This document shows, piece by piece, positions 27,254 to 39,275 of a stretch of DNA of 64,000 nucleotides. Numbering within the stretch: the stretch's first letter is position 1; each line of letters starts with the position of its first letter. Source of the stretch: Convolutriloba macropyga (taxonomy: Eukaryota). The notes beneath the pieces are model-generated. The model was not told the DNA's origin. It saw only the letters and a list, made by a program, of their open reading frames with translations, and made no database searches. The translations under genes were made by a program, and so were the position numbers. The stretch is from assembly GCF_964194025.1 (NCBI RefSeq), contig NC_134474.1, forward strand, positions 65,100,001 through 65,164,000, written 5' to 3'.

Positions 27254-27886
27254 TTTTGTTCACCTGCGGTTACTTTAAGCAGTTTATAAGACATTGGCGA
27301 TTTTTCTTCTCTTAAGATTAAGTTTGAGAAGATAACTTAGACAATATAAAGTTTGCTTTGAGTTTTTTTTTAAAATTGTGATTTTTAATCAAGTTTCATG
27401 CTAATCTACACATTTTTTTTGCCATCTTGCTCTTTTTTAAGCCACATCAGTAATTTTTTGCGCATTGTTTTCTTCCATTGCAATTGCGGAGAAATGAATA
27501 GTCACCTATTGCTCCATATAATTTTGAGGCATCATTTTTTGCAGTCTTGAAAGCACAAAACCTTTTTTTAACTTTTTCTAAATTAGACGTTTTCGTGATT
27601 TCCTACTGTTGCATGAGCATTTCAATGATCACAATTTTATAAACGAAAAGTTGTCGTTCTTATGCGCACTTCCATTATATTAGGAAATAATTGAATTTTT
27701 AATTTTTTTTAGTTCACTTGGTTTTTTGGGCTAAAAATTTTGATAATTTAATTAATTATCTAAAATATTCTAATTTTTTTCGTGGGTGGTTTCAGTAGGT
27801 ATTTTTTCTGAATGGGTCTTTATTGGCTGAGATGACTCGAGTTGTTGCCGGAATTCTTCCGGCTAGGTTCTTTTAAAGATTTGTTT

Positions 27887-28210
27887 TCATGACTTTGAAG
27901 TCAAATTGAAGTGACGATTATGGTCAAACGGAAACAGGAAGTGGAACAAAACAGCTAGTGGTTTTGCTACGCGAAAGTTTTTCACACTAATTTTAATGTG
28001 GAGTGAGTCTTTGAACAAAAATTTGCTTTCTTCATTGTGATTTTTTGTGCACATAGGGCAATTTGGGTAGATTTTACTGTTTTTGATTTTTTTAATGGTT
28101 TTTGATTTTTTTCTAAATAGTTTCCCCAATGCTTTCATAGCCCTATCTAGGTCCAATTTTTCTAAGTCAATAAAAATTCGTTGAATTTTAGGTCAGGATT
28201 TGTGTCAAAT
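27887..28210 (+). mobile_element. Inverted copy of the family C HINE-like element (cf. 50220-50555)
   Basis: Reverse complement of 50280-50555; the ORF track gives similar spurious peptides ending NLTSKS. Confidence 0.7.
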
Positions 28211-29013
28211 AACTATTCCAAGAGTTTAACGTCGTCTATCGATCTTCTGATTAAACACAATTATTTTTTATCTTTCACGAGTGTGCTTACCATGGCAGAC
28301 AATTTTGAGGATCTCGAACCCCGGATCAATCTGTACTCTAAAGAGTAAAATATCCCGTTGCGGCAATCGAAGCGACTTTCGGAGAACAATGAACTCCAGG
28401 GAAGATCATATACAGTATTTTAAATTTTTAATACCAAATTCAAACTATTTAGGAACCTTTTGTACATGAGTTAGATAAAAAAGTCAACTAAATTGACTTG
28501 CAAAAGGTATAAAATGCTGCCGATTCTCACCATATCAAACAATCCACGAAAAAGGCAAAATTTGTGAAAAACTTTTTAATTTATTATTCTACGCTTAAAG
28601 TCTATACTTAAAAATCTCCATGAGAGCTACAGTTAACGATTATGTAAACGAGCAAACATCAGTAGTATCGACAAGGAACGAAGAAAAACTTTGTACTAAG
28701 CATGAAGAAAAACTTGGCCTATAAATTGGACTTCGGAATTTCGTGCAAGCCTTTCAACTTCATTCATACACGCACCTGTGTTAAAACAACGACCATACCG
28801 GGGCTCGATTGTCGCATATCAAAACCAACTGCGTCACATGAACTAGTCTTGCTAATTCAGTATACTTTTTCATTTAGCATTATTTATACTATATTAGGTA
28901 CATTTATCTTTCTACAACATTAACTTTTCTACAAGTGTCCTAATATCGATTTTTTTATCGAACTGCTTTCCGAGCAGTATAAAAATTATCTTGACATTAA
29001 ATTATCTTGACAT

Positions 29014-29603
29014 CTTGACCTACAAGGTCTTAGGTGGTGCTTTGGACCGGGTGACTATGCTGGCTTGTTGATTACATCGAATTCCCTGCCAGTTGCCTAT
29101 CAGCTGATTGAGAGTGATTTGCGTTTCTTCTCTGCTATAATGAGCGAACAAAATTGTCTAAGTTTTAACGATTTCTTCACAATTGAGACAAAGAGTGTAA
29201 ATACTCGTAATATGGACCTGGAACGCTTAGTCGTCTCGCGAGCAAGAAAACGTATTACAGAGAAGTCCTTCTTCTTCCGAGTGCAAAGAGTGGTCAATGA
29301 CACTGCTGATCTTCTGAATGTCGGTATAAGCAGCTTCAAATCGAAAAACCCATGTCAAGATCTTATACATAATTGTCTTTTGAACTTAACAAAAACGAAA
29401 TATGACATCAATAATACATGTACTTGGGCTTTAAAATGTAGATGTAGTGTTTGTGCAGGATAGGCTTTATTTTAATGTTTTAGTTCATTCTTTTTTGTAA
29501 TTATTAACCTTATTTTCTTTTGACATGTTAACAATGCTCACTCTATTTATGATACTGTAATATCCTATCAAAGGTAATAGAAGTCTTTTACTACTACTAC
29601 TAC
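29014..29603 (+). mobile_element. 5'-truncated LINE 3' end (ORF2 C-terminus, 3' UTR, (TAC)n tail)
   Basis: Open frame 29011-29463: QGLRWCFG..Y..LL..NSLPVAYQLIESDLRFF...TRN...EKSFFFRV..VVN...TWALKCRCSVC*, typical of the post-RT region of CR1/L2-group elements; microsatellite tail tactactactactac at about 29589-29603. Confidence 0.8.
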
Positions 29604-29752
29604 TTAATTTTCAAAAACTATTATCTTGACATTAATTTTCAAAAACAATTATCTTGACATTAATTTTCAAAAACTATTATCTTGACATTAATTTTCAAAA
29701 ACTATTATCTTGACATTAATTTTCAAAAACTATTATCTTGACATTAATTTTC
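29604..29752. repeat. 29-bp minisatellite (ttaattttcaaaaactattatcttgacat-like), 5 copies
   Basis: Directly visible tandem units. Confidence 0.95.
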
Positions 29753-32700
29753 TGAAAGCATCTAAGTTGCAGGCGAGTAAGTTGCGCAGGAAATTCCTAA
29801 AAACTTTGCTTCTTTGATGCTTCTGCTCAGCAGACAAACTTTAACTTGGAACTTAGACTGAATCACAACCAGACCCAGTTTCCATCGAAAGAGTGATCAA
29901 AGAGATATGATTCTGCTAAAGGAGGCTTCGTTAGAAATTAGGGTTAGAGATAAAACTAAATGTGATTAATCAACGGTCTGAATTTGGAGCAATCATCTGT
30001 AATTGAAATTTGCGTCTACCGAGAAATTTGAACTAAATTCTCATTAATAGTTAATTTGAAGAACAAAAGAACGCACAAGCAGCAATAAGATACAAGTAGC
30101 AAACTAAAAGCATTGTTTTCAAGAGCACTTGCACTTTTCTGAACTCAGAAAGGGGTGGAGAACCCCCCCCCCCCCCCCACCCCGCACGCCCGTCGTGGGA
30201 TTAAACTAAAAGTTTTCATAACTTACATTTTTCACTTTGATACTGGTGGTAATAGTTGTAATGGATAAATAGATAGTCCCTACTCTTAATAGGCGTCGCA
30301 AACCATTAATAGCGCTAAAATGCTCATCAATTTGACCACCAATCGTTAGGAAAAATTTGTTTAGAAGCTAAGAGGAAGGCTTATGAGTTTGATTTGATTA
30401 TCAGATTTCTTTATAATACTTGCTCTAGTTCCGTAATCTGGTCGGCTTGAAAAGTTTATAGAAAGATTGAGTCATTGTAAAGTTTTTTATTTTATCCTTA
30501 ACGACTCAACTGTTAAGTTAGGTCTGAGAAAATACAAAAAATATGACAAAAATCCCAGTGTTTTGACCCATACTTCAAATTATCAAAAGAAATATTATAC
30601 TGGAAATTTAAAGCCATCAAAATTCAAGACTTCAAAATGAAACTCGGATATTAATGCTGCTTAAAACCTTCAAAATATTTTAAAACCTTAAAATTTTCAG
30701 AGCCAAGCTTGGAAAAAAATATGAACCTCTATCGCAAATATTTTCTTAGATAGGAAATCAGAGCTCTGGATTCAAGAAAAATCATTGACGAATTCCTGAC
30801 ACACGACTTAGCACAAATTTCGTTGTGAATCTAATCGCTATCGATTAAGAGAACCAGTGATAGTTCTTGATCAGATGTATTAATTTCGGAACTCAGATCA
30901 AAGCCACATGAACACAAAAGCATCATCCATTATTACAATAAAAACATGAAAAACTACGAAATGGAATCGGGAGGAAACGCAAACATAATACTTCAATAAC
31001 AAAATGCATTAATAATAAATGGTCGAATTCTTCATCTTAAAGACAGGAAAAAGTTCCCAGAAGCGCACTATGCTGCCAAATTGAGACGATTTAGAGTTAA
31101 TTCAGCCTCGTTTGCAAACAGGTGAAAAATATCTGTCAAATTATTCTTCATAAGTAGCAGCCGATATTAATAAATTAGTGACAGGACGTAGACACAACCA
31201 TATTCCTAAAACACAAAAAAAACTCTTTTTATCAGCGGATGATTTATTGTATCTAATTTTCTTTAGTTCAAATTTAAACTACGCTTCAATGCTAAACATT
31301 TTCTCAGATACAGTTTTCTGTGCGTTTATTTTTTCTAAGCTTTTTTTAGAGAAATATTTTCAAAACAATTTTGGAATGTTCAGCCTTCCGACAAGCTAGC
31401 AACAGTGATGTTAAGATATGAAGCAATATTAATATAGACGAAAAAAATTCTCGCTTTCATCATTTTTCATCATCAGAAAAAAATTATCGCTTTAATCATT
31501 TTTAAATCCTGTGACATCAAAACGCTACAAGCATTGCATAGAGGAGGAACTTTTAAACAGTATTTCAAATTCTAGACTCTCATAATAAGAGTCAAAAAAA
31601 TTTCAACGCATCACTTCTCGTTAAAAGAAATAAAACCAGAAACTTTGTAAAATGAGGTCCCATTTTCACATGACTTAAATTTGACTAAATAAGAAAATCG
31701 AACAATCGAAAACCTTCAACGCCAAAAGCTTGGACGTCTGAATTGGAAAGAATTACAATGGTCACAAATGCGTCTCAATTAGGTAAGAACAAAAACTACA
31801 CTAATCGCATTTATGATTTTTAGGAAGCCTGGTTCGCTATAACTGATCTGATCAACCAAGCAACTCATATTCAAAAGCTCAATTTTTTAGAGCAAGGTTA
31901 AAAAAAATGGCCAACCTGAGCTATAAAATAGGTTCAAAAACAATACCTCAAACCTATAACAAGACAAGGAGGCTCGGTAATGTGCTTTTGCACATAGGGT
32001 TTCGACCCCGCTCAGCGGCCGAATGAGGAAGAGATAGAAAAATTTCCAGAAATTCATAACCGTTTAACAACTTAGCGAAAAAATTAATGATAGATTAGAG
32101 GATCGATGAGACTTGCCATTTATGAGAGTACCGGAGAAGATCTCGATCAATTACGACCAAAAAACTCGATGTCTATATTTAAAAAAAATCACTTATTAAC
32201 AAAAGAAAATGGAATCAGATAAAGCTAGAAATGTTCTATCAGACGCCCAATAAAAAATGTTGGACCAAAGATTACTCCGTATTTTAAAAAATATGAAAAA
32301 CATTGGTATGTACATCCCCTTCAAAATATATGGGACACAATAATACCAGTAGAAAACATGAAAAACTTACTATACTGTTTATGGATTTAAAATGTCCAAA
32401 CAACGGAAAAATTATAAAACAATGGAATATATTTATATCGGTTATATATCTCTAACATACCTTCATTTCTCAATGAAGTATTTCCTTTATGTCCAGTTAA
32501 AGTGAAGTTAATTTAACCTACCATAGCTCTCAACAGCTCTCTTAATACCTTGGTCCTTGAGAAAAAAAGTCAAGTGCCAATGCTTTCCAATTAACTTTTT
32601 CAGGAGCGCTTTTTTCTAGTACGTTATCATAAAAACTAGCTTGAAAAACACTAATTTTTGTTTGGTTGCAAGAGAAAAGCTCAAAAGCATTTGAAACGAT

Positions 32701-33007
32701 AAGTTATTGTCATTTATAACCAAAAACAAAAATAGATGAAAATGGGTAGTTGAATATAGTAGTTGAATATATCCAGACCCAAACTGTTGTTAAAAATTCA
32801 AAACAAACTGTAGAAAACGCTAGCCACAAGAGACCCGAAACTAAAAAAGAAAAAGCAAAGAACATATGAGAATTCATAATTTCATTCAGGATTAATTTGT
32901 GAATCAAATCTCAAACACTCAACTTAACCTCAATAATTTAGAACTGAAGTTATTCCGGAAGGCAATTCCTGTATAACCAAAACAGCTAAACCACAGGCAG
33001 AAGAAGG

Positions 33008-33161
33008 GGCAAAAACGGAAATTTGGCAAAAACCGAAATTTGGCAAAAAACAAAAATTTGGCAAAAACGGAAATTTGGCAAAAACAGAAATTTGGCAAAA
33101 ACGGAAATTTGGCAAAAACAGAAATTTGGCAAAAACGGAAATTTGGCAAAAACAGAAATTT
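33008..33161. repeat. 17-bp minisatellite ggcaaaaac(g/a)gaaattt, ~9 copies, abutting a family A element end (33162-33286)
   Basis: Tandem units visible, followed by ...aattgctatgaacttcgttcaagagcaatt. Confidence 0.95.
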
Positions 33162-36100
33162 TAGATCACGCGAAACGCAGAGCGTAAAAGTCACTCGAAA
33201 AGTCAAAACCGTCAAGCAAAGATTTGGCATAAAAAAGACACACACACGTTCACAAAAATTGCTATGAACTTCGTTCAAGAGCAATTAATCAATTCTAGTA
33301 AAATTTCTCAAATATAAAAATGAAATATATCAAGTGAACAGCAAATTTTACGCAAAAACAAAAAACATGAATCCAAAAGTGAGACAGAAGTAAAAGAAAA
33401 ATGACCTCTCCACTCACTTAGAAATCTAAATTGATAAAGCAAAATAAGATCGAATGCAAATAGAGGTTACCCAAGCTATATAATATCGAGGTCAGTCACA
33501 ACCCATCCAAAGTATCTTTGCCCTTGGAACTTATCAAAAGGTTGCTTGAGCAAATTGGTTGTCAATTCATATAAATAATGCGGAAGTGAAAAGAAGAACC
33601 CGAATAAAACTCCTAAAAAAATTTCGGCGCTAACCAAATACAACCTCTCAGTAAATTCTAAAACACTAATACAACAGAGCAAAAGTACATAGGATTGAGA
33701 AGGAAGCAGCTAGCACATCTTAAATTAGATGATTTCATTGATTAGATGATTGACGAGATAATTAGATGATTGATGAGATATTCGTTTATTAATTTTGAAA
33801 CAAAAACATCCAGAAGTTTCAATTATGCCTCTTGGAAAAATATTTTGTAATTGTGAGCAATCAAAACAATTGAGAAGTCCAATTGTATGTAGCTAAATTT
33901 AACAAAAAAAAACATTTGAATAAGCAAGTATAAAAAAAATCCCTAAATATTGACAAAGTCAACAGGCGTCAAAATTTAATCGATGTTTAGGCACTCGAAA
34001 ACAGATTTACATTCAGATAAGCGCTTGTTTGACAAAAATGAGATTGAAATACGAGAAAACAAAAAAGTCTGTCGTAAAAACAATTAGCCACTATCTACAG
34101 CTATTCATAGTCTTCTATTATACCACTACTGCAATCAAAGAGATCTCTCATGCTCATACGGTAACAACCTTCACAGTATAGAACATCTTCACAAAATAGA
34201 ACACAAAACAACATCTAAATTCAAAAATGAAAAAAAAATACTTAAATAATTTTGAAGAATCAATATCATCAACATCAAGAAGAATCACTATCAAAGAGAC
34301 ACATTATGTAGCTTATTGGGCTTCATTAGATCATAAAAAAGAACTCAAAATATTTGGACTGCGTAGCAAAACCCAGGAACAAAAATGGACAATTTATAAA
34401 TTTTAACGCAAACACGTAGTGTTGAAGTTAACAAAACCATTAGTTGCCAACAGAGAAATTCAGACAACAGCAATGCACCATTAACACACAAGCATCGCTT
34501 TTGATAGACTAAATGGTTCATAATTTGTAAATAAAACGTTGCTACATTCATCGAAAAATGTGCAAACAAATGTGTCTACAGGGTTTAAAAACACTGAAAC
34601 CATTTTTCTTCGTTTCACTAGAATTAACACCAATGGAACGACATTCATTAAATGAAATCTCATGCAAATTCATATTTTATAAACCGACAATTTCATCAAA
34701 TTAAATGCTCATTTTGCCAAACAACATAACAGCTCAGGAAATCAACATCTATCCCGTTTTCAAACTGAAGTTCAAACTGCAAAATCGCAAGTAAAAACTT
34801 TATTAATATTCAGCTCGATTGACCTCTGATTATTTTCAACTACACCATACAAGCTCAATTTAGATATATAATTTAAAGCAGATTATTTAAAAAAATTACC
34901 TTTGCTCCCACTTAATAAAGCTAAATTGAAAATGCCAATTCAAACAGAGGTCACCCAGGCTATATAATAATGAGCTAAGTTATTACAGAGGTATTTCAGG
35001 TTTGCCCTAGTCACAAACCAAACTTGCAATTTTAAAAAATATTCAATATCCAATGGATAGATTCAGATGCTTAAATTATGCTTCCTTCGAAGGAACCTTG
35101 GTCTTAAAAGCATTCAGAACAATTGATAGATCCAATGGTGAACAACAAAACGATTTCAGAAATAAAATAAACAAAATTCTCCAAATTTTTACGAAACAAA
35201 ATGGCGTCAATTTAAAAATTATATCTATCATTAGTTATCAAGAGAAAAGGAATTTTATATCCGGATATAACTCGATTTTGATCAATGAAGATTGATTTTT
35301 GATTGAAGTGCAAGGCAACAAAAAAAAACAAAGGTCGACTCAAATTTCACTTATATTTTATGATAAACCACACAACATCAACTCGAGAAGACCGCTTTAT
35401 TCTATTACTGAAATGAAATCAATGAGGCCTTTGTGACAGACTGACACATAGACGTAACAAACGTACAGAGGACAATGCATATTGAATTCTAACTGAAACA
35501 AATAGTTTCAACGTAATGAATGCCATAAAAAATGAGCCGTGAACTTTATTTCCGTTCATTAGACTTCACGACTACTTCAGTGAGAACTGTCAGTATTGGG
35601 ATTCAGAAACAAAACGATGAAAAACCAATTAGTTGAACTTATTTTAATGAAAACTTTTAGTGTCGAAGTCTCGTTGCCGGAGACAAATTCAGAAATAGCA
35701 TATAATTACCATCAAAACAAATAGCGTTTATTATATTACGCCAGAAATTCACAAAAAAGACACAAAATGGACGTCAAGTGGTCACAAAGTAAAAACAAAA
35801 CAATGCCAAAAATCTAGATCCAAATCCAAACTTGTTTTTTTCTTAAAAAAACACGATGAGCTAAAAAAAAAAATAGCGTCGATATCGCTTCAGTGTTACT
35901 AAAACCCGTAAATGTTGAAAATGTTAACATAATTTTTTAAAAATCAACAATTTTTTAAAGAAAAGAGTCCAGAAACGTTAAGAAAATCAGTGTTAAAAGA
36001 AGAATTTTCACAAAAAGTTTTGCGATAACTTCTTGAAAAAGACCAAAATTTTTAAAGGCTTTTTAATTTCTCAATGGACTGGTTTTCTAGAGATACCACT

Positions 36101-37700
36101 CGCAATTCTCCACGATAAATATATCGATCGGCCCAAACTTGACTGAACAAAAAACCCAGTTGAGCATATAGTTCTTTACTCCCACAAGTGGGGTCGGAAG
36201 AATTAGTTCCTAGCCACAATATCCAAAATGGATGCCAACAGAGTTTTCAAATTGGACAAACCAATAACTTTGTAACTTTGAAAACATGCCATGAAGGTCT
36301 ACGCGCTTTAGATTTGACTTGTGACACTAGCATTCTGAGCAATAGCAATTTGAACAAACAGACGCTCAATAAGTCCTACATGAGAAAACAGCTATTCTAA
36401 AGCATGATATACACACTTCTCTTGAGATCAATTAAAACAAATATCAGCAACAAATTTGAATTTCTATAAAATATACAAATTTGCAAGTTCAACATATACA
36501 AACAGAAAATATTTATTTCAAAATTAGTTGCCAAGTTCCATTAAATTAAATAAATCCATTAAATTGATAATACATTATAAATTCATAATTATGTACAATT
36601 GTAATTATAATTAATTGCCCTCTAACAAAAAAAATACTTTCATTCTGTTAATCAACACCTGGTGAGCTGTTTGTGACAAAAAAACTAAGGTCGTTAATTT
36701 AATTCTGTAATATACACAAGACATTCACATGACAAAAAACACAAACACGTACACTATCATATACAAAATCACTGAAAATGAATAATCATTCGACCTTTTC
36801 ATTATGAAGTTCTCTTTTTCTATCACGAGAACCGTGGCCAAACTTGAGAAATATTTTAGTCTCTAGTTACTTTCTTAATAGCATTAACTAATTTTTGATG
36901 CCACCGAAGCGATAAGTTCCTGTTTCTTTTATATTTAGTAAAGAATCTAAAAACTTAATAGCGATTTAAACGTCGTATAAAGTCTTCTAAAACTTTTTGA
37001 AAAAATTTGTTGAAAATGATAAGGACAAATTTTCTATTAATATTTAGTGGATATTAATAAACAAAATCATTTATTATTAGCAAATTTCATTTTGATGATA
37101 AAAGATTATTTAACAACAATTGGCTACTCTAATGCGAACGAAAGAAGCTTCAAGATAAAGACAATTCAGACGATTGACAATTGTGATTGAAACAAAAATA
37201 TACACATGATATTTGGTAATTATAATCTACGAAATATTGATTAATGCAAACACGTTTCCTTGTCTTATAGCTCAGATATTGTCCCATTTTCTATTGATTA
37301 TTGTTATCTGCAGAAATCGACAACGATTAAACCATTCTCGTGGATATTTCATGTTCGGCTGAAGATTTAGGTTTAAAAAATCTTGTTGTTCTGGTAATTC
37401 AAAATACCAGACATAACTCAGATGTTTAACTAGAAGCTAGAGCAAGACCATAAAGTTGACAATCTCGAGCAAACTACCTCGATTATTCAGGGAAATCTTA
37501 ACCAGATACTAATTCATGCGTTTTTAAGTACCATTACCATTAAAACCCTCACAAACCCAGGGCAACAAAATTACGGTCCCGGAATTAGTTTGTAGCCCCT
37601 GCTTGATACTCTAAGTTAGCATACAAGAAATTGATGGGGGGGGGGGTCAAGGAAACTGTTTATAACTAAAGGTATAGCTCAGATCGGTCCACCTAAATTA

Positions 37701-39275
37701 TTACAAATCCCAGGAAAACAAATGATGCTTCACCAGCAGATCTCTCACTCCCTCCTTCATCGGTTTGCTATTTCCACTGGATTGATCAGCCGATGACTTT
37801 TTAGACGTCGTTGTATTCGTAATTCCTATAGTCTTGATAGCCACATTCTCTTTTGCAGCCTTAGAGGGAAGTTCTGTGTGAACATGCAAATTGAACCCAA
37901 ACTCGCAGAGAATTCTGAGCTCACATTTAATTTGAACCCAGCCGGGCGAATTCATAAACGCTCCCTTGTTGTACCATTTGGCAATGACAGCCTCACAGGA
38001 CGCCAGGATTTCGAGCCAGATATGAAGAACTTGTTCGTTGAGACCCATGCAGACCCAAGATCTGAATTTGGAATCCATTCCAACATGCACAGAATCGTGT
38101 GTTTGGTTTATTGATTGCACTGAACGGTATAATAGCTCTTCAGGTGTCAAAACTTTACCGTCCTCGTCCAAACGATAAGTTTTACACAAAACAAGCCGAG
38201 AATAAACAGAGTTGAAATCTTTCTCAACTTCTTTGATGGCAGCTTCTTCAATAAATAGCCACGGGTGACATTCGTGACCAATCATTGCTTGCTTCATTCC
38301 ATGACGGAAAAACTTGTCCAAATTTGGGCACAAATGACCTCGAACAAGATCTGTAATCGTATCTGTAACTGAATCATCTCCAGCGTGCGTGTACTGTTTG
38401 CTTCGTTCGTCCAAAAGTTCCACAAATTTGGCAGGGAACCATCCTCGGATCCCATTAAGCTCCCCAACCCAACAATGCTCGTCTTTCATTGAAATGATTG
38501 TTATGACATCGTTTCTTTTGAAACCCAATTCATCGTCATCGTGACGTTCGAAGTCCAACAACGCTTTGGCCCTGCGACGTCTGTTCCTCGCGATTTTAAG
38601 ATACCTTTCGTGATCTCTTTGATGTGACTCCAAGCTGTAATCCGCTGCAATTGACAACGTTTTGTACTTCTTCTCAGTGGCTTGAAAATGCCTCGCGATT
38701 TGCTGCACCGAATCTCGGAGGTCTGTAATAATTTCAGTTTGCTGTATATTTTTAACCTTTACAGTTTCGATGTCAGCCGTGTTGAAAAACAGATTCATCA
38801 TCGACTTAGGTCTTCGCATTTGGCGTCTGTTTACAACTTGCTTATTGGCTCCGTCGTTAAGTTCGTGTCCTTTCGATTTATGTTCCTCAATCACAACCGT
38901 CATCTGCTTACGTCTTTGAGTCTCGATCAGCACTTCGGTTAAAGATCCCGCAGTTTTGGCAGAAGTCTGGAGCAATTTGTCGACGTCGGTGACCATGTCA
39001 GGTAGCTTGGCTAGTAAGTTGAAGATTTGTCCAGTGTTGGTCTGTTGAAGGATTTCGTCTTGGTGGAGTTTGAGCATTCCAAGTGTGATTTGGAACAGGA
39101 CGACAGATCCATCGTAGAAGAGCTGGTCCCAGACTCTGAGGAGTACTTTGGTGTGGAAAACTCCAGAGAAGAGAGTGAGGAACCAGTGGAGAGTTATCAA
39201 TGACAGTTCTATGTCATACTCCTTTAAGTGGATGTCTATTTCGGGCAAGTAGTTCATCACCAAGAGTCTCAAAAC
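37701..39275 (-). CDS. SGSM3: SGSM3 coding exon 4 (TBC C-part, SH3, RUN)
   Basis: tttcag|GTT TTG AGA (VLR); 524 codons to the TAA stop. Confidence 0.95.
   Translation of the reverse strand, partial: VLRLLVMNYLPEIDIHLKEYDIELSLITLHWFLTLFSGVFHTKVLLRVWDQLFYDGSVVLFQITLGMLKLHQDEILQQTNTGQIFNLLAKLPDMVTDVDKLLQTSAKTAGSLTEVLIETQRRKQMTVVIEEHKSKGHELNDGANKQVVNRRQMRRPKSMMNLFFNTADIETVKVKNIQQTEIITDLRDSVQQIARHFQATEKKYKTLSIAADYSLESHQRDHERYLKIARNRRRRAKALLDFERHDDDELGFKRNDVITIISMKDEHCWVGELNGIRGWFPAKFVELLDERSKQYTHAGDDSVTDTITDLVRGHLCPNLDKFFRHGMKQAMIGHECHPWLFIEEAAIKEVEKDFNSVYSRLVLCKTYRLDEDGKVLTPEELLYRSVQSINQTHDSVHVGMDSKFRSWVCMGLNEQVLHIWLEILASCEAVIAKWYNKGAFMNSPGWVQIKCELRILCEFGFNLHVHTELPSKAAKENVAIKTIGITNTTTSKKSSADQSSGNSKPMKEGVRDLLVKHHLFSWDL

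Noticed and set aside
29604-29752. 29-bp repeats as a CRISPR array
   Set aside because: Head-to-tail units without spacers, in a eukaryotic context.
33008-33161. CRISPR-like or repeat-protein ORFs (32919..33284, 33040..33267)
   Set aside because: Contiguous 17-bp tandem units with no unique spacers and no cas genes; the ORFs are by-products of the minisatellite.
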